Of a stretch of DNA of 64,000 bases, positions 51,390-58,649 are shown piece after piece. Position numbers and translations under genes: made by a program. Numbering within the stretch: the stretch's first letter is position 1; each line of letters starts with the position of its first letter. The stretch lies in the IMG/VR virus record IMGVR_UViG_3300034118_000426; one strand, 5' to 3'. This DNA comes from an uncultured virus (IMG/VR IMGVR_UViG_3300034118_000426). Its lineage: Duplodnaviria > Heunggongvirae > Uroviricota > Caudoviricetes. The notes beneath the pieces are model-generated. The model searched no databases, was not told where the DNA came from, and worked only from the letters and a program-made list of their open reading frames with translations.

Positions 51390-51620
51390 TTAGAGACGGT
51401 TAATGTTAGATCCAGGTGTATCTGCGGCACGATTGATGATGTGTTTCCAATCGCTATCGGTTTTGTTTTGCCAGTTTCCTACTTCAGATACCGCGTGTAG
51501 TATAGTGGGCATCTGAGTAATATGAGGATTAGCTTCAAGATAAGGTTCTCTTTCTGCCATCATCATCCACTTTTCAAACTCTTCACCTGTATTATTATCT
51601 TTGAATTTGTAAGTTGGCAT
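51390..51620 (-). CDS. small FmdB-like hypothetical phage protein
   Basis: MPTYKFKDNNTGEEFE...YLEANPH. Start moved to 51620. Confidence 0.75.
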   Translation of the reverse strand: MPTYKFKDNNTGEEFEKWMMMAEREPYLEANPHITQMPTILHAVSEVGNWQNKTDSDWKHIINRAADTPGSNINRL

Positions 51621-52158
51621 CTTCAGTAAACCATGATGGAGTGGTGGAAGGAGATTTCCATTTCGCAAATGAAATTTTATCTCCGATATAATAGTTACGA
51701 TATGACTGGATGGTATCTCCAGGCACTTTATATTTATCTGGCATTGCGGGGGGCGGATCTATCCATCCTGCTTCTGGTATGTTAAATGGAGCAACCCAAA
51801 GATAACTAATCAAACTTTCTGTGCTATGATAATTTTTATAGCGACGGGTATACTCTACACAACAGTGCTGAAACAAATCGAATAACCAACGATAGTGCGA
51901 GCGAGATTGTCTAACCCATACAGCAGATGGATGGTTGATGTGACAAGCTTTATAAAGCACATCTTCCCGTGGTTTTTCTAATCGGTAACGCTTAACTGTT
52001 TTACCTTTGGGAGATTTTTGCGTATAAGGAATGCCGTCGAGCACACGATGAGCAGTGGAAAGAAGCTGAGCGTACTCAACAATCATTTTAACCACATGCT
52101 TATCGCAATGCTCGGCGGCACAAGTACGAGGGTCGTAACTGAGGTAGAAGATATTCAT
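51595..52158 (-). CDS. pyrimidine-dimer DNA glycosylase-like (DenV-related) protein
   Basis: MNIFYL...P..CA..HCDKHVVKM..EYAQLLSTAH, H.NHPS..W.R, PPAMPD, YRNYY. Confidence 0.8.
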   Translation of the reverse strand: MNIFYLSYDPRTCAAEHCDKHVVKMIVEYAQLLSTAHRVLDGIPYTQKSPKGKTVKRYRLEKPREDVLYKACHINHPSAVWVRQSRSHYRWLFDLFQHCCVEYTRRYKNYHSTESLISYLWVAPFNIPEAGWIDPPPAMPDKYKVPGDTIQSYRNYYIGDKISFAKWKSPSTTPSWFTEDANLQIQR

Positions 52159-52179
52159 GGGGTCTTCGTGGTTGACCCC

Positions 52180-52208
52180 ATTATATCACCATTCCATGGC
52201 TTCCGCAA
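52180..52208 (-). promoter_or_regulatory. sigma70-type promoter overlapping the thyX 3' end
   Basis: TTGCGG-17 nt-TATAAT, with an extended TG. Confidence 0.65.
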
Positions 52209-52818
52209 CCGTTGGGAACTGGGTTTTAAAAACCTCTTTACATCCCTCAGCAATCTCCATGTGTTCCCTTTGAGTACCATGGGCAGAGCGAAGGTCAATG
52301 TAATGAATCCATGAGCGACATGAGCCCGTCATGTAGATCCTTGTGGGCGTTGCCAGGGGCAACACAAAGCGAGCACACTCCTTAGCGACTCCCGCCTCTA
52401 GGAGACGCTTATAGAGGTTGTTGGCGGCGGTGAAGTGCTCAGCAATCTCTGCTTGAAACTTCAGTTTCACATAGTCTCCAAGGTCGTCAGTGGAGTTCTG
52501 ACGATTCTTAGTATCCTGACGACGAAGATCAGGTACAGGAATATTTTCAGTAATTAGATTTGTATCAGCATAACGCTGTGAAAACTCTTGGAATGTGAAG
52601 CTCCTGTGACGAAGCACTTGTGCCGCGATGCCACGAGTTGTTTCAATCTCAAGTGTCATATGAGATTGTTCAAACACAGACCAATGATTATGCTCAATAC
52701 AATAACGAAGTAACCCCGCATAGTTTTCGTTATCTTGATTACTAGGGTTAGACACTCTAGCAATATATGCCATTGTCTTTTCCGCATCTGGTGTCACCGA
52801 AATAAGTTTAACCGTCAT
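52186..52818 (-). CDS. thyX: flavin-dependent thymidylate synthase
   Basis: H.SVFE, RHRSFTFQEFSQRY (RHRx7S), KECARFVLP. AAGGA RBS before 52818. Confidence 0.96.
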   Translation of the reverse strand: MTVKLISVTPDAEKTMAYIARVSNPSNQDNENYAGLLRYCIEHNHWSVFEQSHMTLEIETTRGIAAQVLRHRSFTFQEFSQRYADTNLITENIPVPDLRRQDTKNRQNSTDDLGDYVKLKFQAEIAEHFTAANNLYKRLLEAGVAKECARFVLPLATPTRIYMTGSCRSWIHYIDLRSAHGTQREHMEIAEGCKEVFKTQFPTVAEAMEW

Positions 52819-53074
52819 TAGATTCATCCTTCACTTGTTGTTTTAAGTCCATCATTTGTATTTGAAATAATGGATTTTTTTCTAGGCGACGAAGACGTTT
52901 TACAGACTCGCGTATTTGTAGATACTTTCTTTTATCAATTTCAGAAGCATCTGGTGGCGGTGGTTTCAACGCATCATTAGCATAGAACATATTTCTTTGT
53001 ACGATAGGAGACTCGTAGTTCTCATCGTTTAAAATTTCTTCTTCACTATTCAATTCAATATTATCTTCATTCAT
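52808..53074 (-). CDS. hypothetical protein
   Basis: ORF track. Confidence 0.65.
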   Translation of the reverse strand: MNEDNIELNSEEEILNDENYESPIVQRNMFYANDALKPPPPDASEIDKRKYLQIRESVKRLRRLEKNPLFQIQMMDLKQQVKDESNDG

Positions 53075-53077
53075 ATA

Positions 53078-53473
53078 TCAAGTAAGACGCAAGGATAAAG
53101 TTACTGAAATAACATCACCACTGGTCTGAACATTGTATGGACCAGTAGAAAATTTTTCTGCCAAAAGTAAAATACCAGAAGCGTTAGTTACATAGTAACC
53201 ATAGATATTTCCTTTTGGTGCTGTGAATGTCCAAGTTTGTTGTGGATATGAAGCTGAAGGAGGAGGACCAGCACTAACTGTCCACGAAGAACCAGTTAAT
53301 ACTTTAGGAGTATATCCATCTCCAGTAGTAACTTCAGTTACAGAAGCAACAACAGTGCTATCAGTGATAGCAGAGTTATTAGAAAACAACCTTAGTGTTA
53401 ATGCCTCTACGGTTGTATCACTTCCAACAAGATAAGACAACGCTTGTGTCTTTGCTGATTGATTAATAATCAT
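53078..53473 (-). CDS. hypothetical beta-rich, virion-like protein
   Basis: LRLFSNN...EVT.G.GY....L....W...YPQQTWTF.....IYGYYV pattern. Ser/Thr-rich. Confidence 0.7.
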   Translation of the reverse strand: MIINQSAKTQALSYLVGSDTTVEALTLRLFSNNSAITDSTVVASVTEVTTGDGYTPKVLTGSSWTVSAGPPPSASYPQQTWTFTAPKGNIYGYYVTNASGILLLAEKFSTGPYNVQTSGDVISVTLSLRLT

Positions 53474-53474
53474 T

Positions 53475-53729
53475 TTACCTCTTTTTCTTTTGTTCTTTTG
53501 ACGGGGAATCCCAAAGCTTTGGATTAACTCTCCCCTCAGATTGTTTCCAACCCTTCAAACCCTCTCTATATCTATCCCAGTAATAATCAAAAATTTCGAT
53601 TTGTTTATCTGGAATAACTAAATCATATGCGAGTGCTCCATCAATTTCATAGGTAACTAGATAAGCATTATAAGGTAAACCACGATCTTTGGCAATACTA
53701 GGATCACAGTTTTGATGGAGAATTTTCAT
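53475..53729 (-). CDS. hypothetical phage protein
   Basis: HQNCDP......LPYNAYLV...IFDYYWD...G.VNPKLW. Confidence 0.8.
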   Translation of the reverse strand: MKILHQNCDPSIAKDRGLPYNAYLVTYEIDGALAYDLVIPDKQIEIFDYYWDRYREGLKGWKQSEGRVNPKLWDSPSKEQKKKR

Positions 53730-54178
53730 TAACTACGTCCTCCCCATTGAATTTGTGGAAATGTTTCTTGTACTAATGCTTTTGAAATTCTATTGTATTT
53801 TGTTTGAAGCTTCTTATCTTTCACCAAGCAAAGAATCTCTGCTTCATCAGGATGAAGATTTTCAAGCATACCTAAAAAGATTTGTTCTCTTTTACTTTGG
53901 GTAATATTAGATCCACCTTTGACAAAGTGGAACATTTTCTTACCTTCATTTTCAAGTAACAGATGATCCGTTCCTTCTGGTGCTGGATTAGTTACATACG
54001 GAACTTCTCCCTCAGGTAGCATAGAAACTACACTATCATCAAAGTTCCAGATGAAAAGAGAACGAAGAACTTGCGTGTTATTTTCTAACAAAATTCGTTT
54101 CTTTTCTTCTTTAGTCTTTGCGTTATTGGTTTTGCGTAGCACCTCTGAAATTAGAGGGCGATATGTTTTAGTTGCCAT
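53729..54178 (-). CDS. conserved T4-like hypothetical protein, adjacent to rnh
   Basis: LISEVL...WNFD....SMLPEGEVPY...KREQIFLGMLE.LHP.EA..L..VKDK. Confidence 0.85.
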   Translation of the reverse strand: MATKTYRPLISEVLRKTNNAKTKEEKKRILLENNTQVLRSLFIWNFDDSVVSMLPEGEVPYVTNPAPEGTDHLLLENEGKKMFHFVKGGSNITQSKREQIFLGMLENLHPDEAEILCLVKDKKLQTKYNRISKALVQETFPQIQWGGRS

Positions 54179-54184
54179 GTCAAT

Positions 54185-55075
54185 TCAAAATGGTTGTGTG
54201 TTACGAAATACGAAATCTTCCATCAACTTGGTAAGTTGATGTTCTTGGAAGTATTCCAATGGAACTTTCCTTTCGTTGCTATTTAGTGACTTGTAATAAT
54301 TAACAATTTCTGTAGCAAGGTGTTCTGGAATACAAGAAAGATCAATCAATTTTCGATTGCGCTCATAGTTTTCTCTCGCTTGTTGATCAAGACAGAATGC
54401 AGATGGATCTTGCTTTACCCACTTTTCTAAGTTTTTCTTACTTATAGGTTTCTGTCTTTTACCTACCACAAATGTATCAGCATCAGATAGGAAGTTAGGT
54501 ATGCCATCTGACTTATCTCCCTTAATGATATGCTCTCTAGCATATGCTTTTGGGTCCGCATGTTTAATCTCCTTTTTTAAAATAGGATTGTATTGCTTCA
54601 CAAAAGGATATTTTTGTAGTTGAATAAAATCTTTATCGCCAGACAAGATTAAAACTTGTTCAGCATCTTCTCCTGCTTTCTGGAGTTTAATATTACGATA
54701 GGCTTGATAGGTGGTGAGAGTACTGATAACATCATCAGCCTCAGCTCCATATACCTCAACAACTTTATACGGAAAAAAGTTTTTAATTTCATCGCGTATC
54801 TTATTCAAGACTTCGAAGATAGCATTCCAATCTAGATCAGATGCTTCTCGGTCTTTCTTTCTATTCTGTTTGTAATAAGGAAATGCTTCCTTTCGCCAGT
54901 AGTGCTTACTGTCATACGCAAGAACAACCTCACCATACTTAGGAGAGTATTGTTTTTCAAATGCGCGAAGGGCAGTAAGCACCATATGACGAACAAGATT
55001 TTCATTCAAAGCATCGCCTTTCAGTTGCACCATCAGATTACTAATCATAATCTGATTCATATCAATTAGAATCAT
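54185..55075 (-). CDS. rnh: T4-type RNase H / 5'-3' exonuclease
   Basis: MILID.NQ, YWRK..FPYYK..RK, EADD, ILSGDKDF.QL, GDKSDGIPN. Confidence 0.95.
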   Translation of the reverse strand: MILIDMNQIMISNLMVQLKGDALNENLVRHMVLTALRAFEKQYSPKYGEVVLAYDSKHYWRKEAFPYYKQNRKKDREASDLDWNAIFEVLNKIRDEIKNFFPYKVVEVYGAEADDVISTLTTYQAYRNIKLQKAGEDAEQVLILSGDKDFIQLQKYPFVKQYNPILKKEIKHADPKAYAREHIIKGDKSDGIPNFLSDADTFVVGKRQKPISKKNLEKWVKQDPSAFCLDQQARENYERNRKLIDLSCIPEHLATEIVNYYKSLNSNERKVPLEYFQEHQLTKLMEDFVFRNTQPF

Positions 55076-55318
55076 TTAATCCTCTTCGTCGTACTCCTCA
55101 AAATCTTCAGAATTCTCAAAGCGAACCGCTACGATCTCATCAGGAATCAGTTGACCATTTTCATCAAACATTTCAGGATGCATAGGAACAATCCTGTTCT
55201 TGTTTAAAAATGAATAGACGATATCGTTTCCGAACCATCCGATCATCAGTCCAATCATAAAAGACCCTACGATACCTATTCCACTAAAGAATAAGATATA
55301 TGGTGTTGCTGACTCCAT
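55076..55318 (-). CDS. small membrane protein
   Basis: Transmembrane helix followed by HPEMFDENG. GGGAG RBS before 55318. Confidence 0.75.
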   Translation of the reverse strand: MESATPYILFFSGIGIVGSFMIGLMIGWFGNDIVYSFLNKNRIVPMHPEMFDENGQLIPDEIVAVRFENSEDFEEYDEED

Positions 55319-55322
55319 CTTA

Positions 55323-55457
55323 CTACTCCCTTGTTGGTTTGTCAACCTCCCAGGAAAACTCCAGATGAAAATGGAATGTTCTGCGTAGGAGGTGAAAAGT
55401 GTTACTTAAATTTAATCCATGCTTAGGTTTGACTTTATCAACCCTCCTACGCAACAT
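55323..55457 (-). CDS. hypothetical protein (MLRRRVDK...)
   Basis: Start uncertain. A late-promoter-like ATAAATA lies at 55472-55478. Confidence 0.55.
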   Translation of the reverse strand: MLRRRVDKVKPKHGLNLSNTFHLLRRTFHFHLEFSWEVDKPTRE

Positions 55458-55470
55458 GAATTCTATACCT

Positions 55471-55821
55471 TTATTTATTTGAAGTTTTTGGTTTTCTTCC
55501 AGGTCGTTTTGATTTTTCATACTGTTTAGCATCTTCAATAATTTTATTCAAAAAATCTCTGGTTTTTATTACTCTCTGTTCGCCCATCCATTCATAAGCT
55601 TCTTTTAATAAAGCATTATCAATTAAATATAAATTTAATTCATTAACTTGATCAACAAGAGATGTATACAAGTATGATTTAATAAATTTTTTTATATCAT
55701 TTCTTGAGATTTTTTGAGACGAAAGATAAACAAAAAAATCTAAATCATATTTGTCTTCAGAAAAAACAAGATTGATTGCTTCGTTTACTACATCATACAA
55801 TGTTTCAATTGCTGCCGCCAT
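55471..55821 (-). CDS. hypothetical protein
   Basis: 116-aa ORF with LKEAY and a basic tail. Confidence 0.75.
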   Translation of the reverse strand: MAAAIETLYDVVNEAINLVFSEDKYDLDFFVYLSSQKISRNDIKKFIKSYLYTSLVDQVNELNLYLIDNALLKEAYEWMGEQRVIKTRDFLNKIIEDAKQYEKSKRPGRKPKTSNK

Positions 55822-56074
55822 TTTTATTCTTGGAGCTTGTTACTAGTCCTTCTTTCACAAATAATTTAACCGCGTCAACAAGTCCTCCAATCTGTCTTCC
55901 ATCCACAACAACAAAAGGAAACATATTGACTCCTGGAAATAATGATTCAAATTCATCTAAAGGCATGTCTCTCTTTACAACTACCTCAGTATAATCTGTC
56001 TTTGCTCTCTTAAAAAGTTCTTTAAGGGTTTTACAATGAGAACATCCTGGCAAAGTATATGCTACTATTTCCAT
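55805..56074 (-). CDS. nrdC: glutaredoxin
   Basis: YTLPGCSHC...FPFVVVDGRQIGG. TGATG coupling at 56074. Confidence 0.9.
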   Translation of the reverse strand: MEIVAYTLPGCSHCKTLKELFKRAKTDYTEVVVKRDMPLDEFESLFPGVNMFPFVVVDGRQIGGLVDAVKLFVKEGLVTSSKNKNGGSN

Positions 56075-56421
56075 CAAATACCTCTCAAATATACGCGAAT
56101 GTTTGGTTTTACACATTCTAGCACCTGAATCATATATTCGCAAGCCTTGTGAGGCATGGTATGGTCACCACACGTAAAGATATCTACAGCAGCATATCCT
56201 TTCTCAGGCCAAGTATGAATACTGATGTGACTTTCTGATAGTAAGCAAACAGCAGTGATTCCCTGTGGCGTGAATTCGTATTTGATTTCTTCTAGTAACG
56301 TTGCGTTCGCGTGTTCTACTGCTTGCCTAAGGGAAGTGCTAATAAATTCTGAGTTGTTTAAAAGGTCAGCATTACACTCGCATAACTCTGCGATGTGATG
56401 AACCCCCAGCACTTCATCCAT
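56074..56421 (-). CDS. speD: pyruvoyl-dependent S-adenosylmethionine decarboxylase family
   Basis: G.H.IAEL..C, F.PQG.T...LLSESHISIHTWPE.GYAAVDIFTCG. Confidence 0.93.
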   Translation of the reverse strand: MDEVLGVHHIAELCECNADLLNNSEFISTSLRQAVEHANATLLEEIKYEFTPQGITAVCLLSESHISIHTWPEKGYAAVDIFTCGDHTMPHKACEYMIQVLECVKPNIRVYLRGI

Positions 56422-56443
56422 CAATGTGTCTCCAATAACGTTA

Positions 56444-56450
56444 TATTTAT
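56444..56450 (-). promoter_or_regulatory. late promoter ATAAATA upstream of speD
   Basis: tatttat in a 34-nt intergenic gap. GGAGA RBS downstream. Confidence 0.6.
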
Positions 56451-56455
56451 TACCG

Positions 56456-57163
56456 TTATTTGTATCTTTCTAAAGAATATATTCCATTCTTTTCTACAAT
56501 TGCCGAGCAAGTGTCACACCAATCCCCACAGCACATATAAAGAAGTTTATTGAAGTAACGAATGTTTGCGTGATGAATATGACCACAAATCACACCATCA
56601 TATTTCTTATCTCTCTGTATACAATATGATGCCACATCAGTCTCATATTGATTGATGTATCTCTTTCCACGAATGGTATTTTTCAAAGCATACACCAATG
56701 AGAAACGAAAGAATCTTTCTAGAAACAAACTCAATGGTGTGATAAATTCATATCCCTTGTTGAATATCAATTGCTTCCAAGACCCAGAAGAATATTCTGA
56801 ATACTTATCACCGTGTACACAAAGAAACTTATTGCCTTTTGAATCTTTATGTGTGTATTCATCCACCATTTTAAAATTCTTGTGCTCAAAATCACAGTAA
56901 CGACGAATCTGACCTTCGTGATTTCCTAGAATATAAACAATTTCTGTGCCTTTCTTGGCGAGATTTAAAATCTGATGAACACATTCAGTGTGTTCTTTTT
57001 TCCAATGTGTATGATATGTTTCTAAGCAAGCGATGTCAATAATATCACCTACCAATACTAACTTTTTTGTTTTAAGTTCTTTGATAAATTTTAAAAATTT
57101 CTGAGTGTTACACCTATTGGTGCCCAAATGAACATCAGAAATAAAAACTGTATCGTAAGTCAT
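56456..57163 (-). CDS. metallophosphoesterase, LpxH/PlcP-like (calcineurin-like) family
   Basis: FISDVHLG, LVGDIID, GNHE, HGD, CGHIH, GDW. Confidence 0.88.
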   Translation of the reverse strand: MTYDTVFISDVHLGTNRCNTQKFLKFIKELKTKKLVLVGDIIDIACLETYHTHWKKEHTECVHQILNLAKKGTEIVYILGNHEGQIRRYCDFEHKNFKMVDEYTHKDSKGNKFLCVHGDKYSEYSSGSWKQLIFNKGYEFITPLSLFLERFFRFSLVYALKNTIRGKRYINQYETDVASYCIQRDKKYDGVICGHIHHANIRYFNKLLYMCCGDWCDTCSAIVEKNGIYSLERYK

Positions 57164-57165
57164 AA

Positions 57166-57327
57166 TCAAAATCTTGTTGGAGTATAATTCATATCTTCAA
57201 GTAACTGGTCTAACATTTTTCCATATTCTTTAAATCTTCTGTCACCAGCAATAAAACATCTTTGTCTCATCCACACAGCATCTGCTAAAAGTTTTATTTC
57301 TTTTTCTGTGAGTGTTAAGGTTTTCAT
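57166..57327 (-). CDS. hypothetical protein (MKTLTLTEKEIKLLADAVWMRQR...)
   Basis: Start moved downstream of the psbA terminator. Confidence 0.65.
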   Translation of the reverse strand: MKTLTLTEKEIKLLADAVWMRQRCFIAGDRRFKEYGKMLDQLLEDMNYTPTRF

Positions 57328-57368
57328 TTTTGTATGACATACCTCTCTATGTAGGTTAGTTTCTAGAC

Positions 57369-57394
57369 AAAAAAAGACCCCCCGAAGGAGGTCT
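57369..57394 (-). terminator. Rho-independent terminator of psbA
   Basis: GACCTCC-TTCG-GGGGGTC followed by T7. Confidence 0.92.
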
Positions 57395-57412
57395 GTGATG
57401 TATTGAAAACAA

Positions 57413-58495
57413 TCAACCGATAGCAGGTGCTGTAAGAGCAACAGGTGTCATATCAGCAGCAGCAAGGTCAAGAGGGAAGTTGTGAGCGTTACGCTCGTGC
57501 ATCACTTCAAAACCGAGATTAGCACGGTTAAGGATGTCTGCCCAGGTGTTGATCACGCGACCGTTGTTATCAAGCAGCGACTGATTAAAGTTGAATCCGT
57601 TGAGGTTGAATGCCATGGTACTAACACCAAGAGCAGCAAACCAGATGCCAACTACAGGCCAGGCAGCAAGGAAGAAGTGAAGACTACGAGAGTTATTGAA
57701 GGAAGCGTATTGGAAAATAAGGCGACCAAAATAACCGTGAGCAGCTACAATGTTGTAGGTCTCTTCTTCTTGTCCGAACTTGTATCCGTAGTTCTGAGAT
57801 TCAGTTTCAGTTGTTTCGCGGACGAGGGAACTAGTGACCAAAGATCCATGCATAGCAGAGAAAAGAGAACCACCAAATACACCAGCCACCCCAAGCATAT
57901 GGAAGGGGTGCATGAGGATGTTATGCTCCGCCTGAAAAACAAGCATGTAGTTAAATGTTCCGCTAATGCCGAGCGGCATACCATCAGAGAAGGAACCTTG
58001 TCCAAAGGGATAGACGAGGAAAACTGCAGTAGCAGCAGCAACGGGTGCGCTGTAGGCAACACAAATCCAAGGACGCATACCAAGTCGGTAAGAAAGTTCC
58101 CATTCACGACCCATGTAAGAGAAGACACCGATAAGAAAGTGGAAGACCACCAGTTGATAAGGACCACCATTATATAGCCACTCATCGAGCGACATGGCAT
58201 TCCAGATGGGATAAAAGTGAAGACCAATAGCGTTGCTTGAAGGAACAACAGCACCAGAGATGATGTTGTTTCCATACATTAGTGAACCAGCGACAGGCTC
58301 ACGGATGCCGTCAATATCCACGGGGGGTGCGGCGATGAAAGCGACGATGAAGCAGATGGTTGCTGCAAGGAGGGTAGGAATCATAAGAGTTCCAAACCAA
58401 CCAACATAAAGACGATTGTTGGTAGAGGTAACCCACTCGCAGAAGCTTTCCCAAATGTTTTCACCACCGCGACGTTGTGCGATAGTTGCAGTCAT
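57413..58495 (-). CDS. psbA: photosystem II D1 protein, 360 aa, no intron
   Basis: NRLYVGWFG...[17 protein letters not shown] (Gln130-type). RETTETESQ loop. GGAG RBS before 58495. Confidence 0.99.
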   Translation of the reverse strand: MTATIAQRRGGENIWESFCEWVTSTNNRLYVGWFGTLMIPTLLAATICFIVAFIAAPPVDIDGIREPVAGSLMYGNNIISGAVVPSSNAIGLHFYPIWNAMSLDEWLYNGGPYQLVVFHFLIGVFSYMGREWELSYRLGMRPWICVAYSAPVAAATAVFLVYPFGQGSFSDGMPLGISGTFNYMLVFQAEHNILMHPFHMLGVAGVFGGSLFSAMHGSLVTSSLVRETTETESQNYGYKFGQEEETYNIVAAHGYFGRLIFQYASFNNSRSLHFFLAAWPVVGIWFAALGVSTMAFNLNGFNFNQSLLDNNGRVINTWADILNRANLGFEVMHERNAHNFPLDLAAADMTPVALTAPAIG

Positions 58496-58557
58496 TGAAA
58501 TACTCCGAGTAGTTGAGGGTAAGTATTGTGAAGAAATGTTTCCATTTCTTAACATTT

Positions 58558-58590
58558 ATTTATAGTAGCACGGTTCCCCGCCCCTGTCAA
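58558..58590 (-). promoter_or_regulatory. psbA promoter: sigma70-type, with an overlapping late TATAAATA
   Basis: TTGACA-17 nt-TACTAT running into AAATA, so TATAAATA occupies 58557-58564. Confidence 0.85.
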
Positions 58591-58609
58591 GCCCCCCAGT
58601 CCCACCATT

Positions 58610-58627
58610 TATAAATATAACTAAATA
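58610..58627 (+). promoter_or_regulatory. tandem late promoters TATAAATA and CTAAATA
   Basis: 58610-58617 and 58621-58627, upstream of the ATG at 58650. Confidence 0.8.
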
Positions 58628-58649
58628 GGGCACTCATTGTAGGTTACGA

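Noticed and set aside
57328..57441. N-terminal extension of ORF 57166..57441
   Set aside because: It crosses the psbA terminator and stop codon.
57482..58275. 231-aa plus-strand and 176-aa alternative-frame ORFs in psbA
   Set aside because: Shadows of the highly biased psbA coding sequence.
52186..58495. Introns or inteins in thyX or psbA, and psbD beside psbA
   Set aside because: Both ORFs are uninterrupted and of normal length. No psbD-like ORF is present in the window.
58496..58555. 20-aa N-terminal extension of D1
   Set aside because: It lies in the 5' UTR. The RBS and standard D1 length point to 58495.
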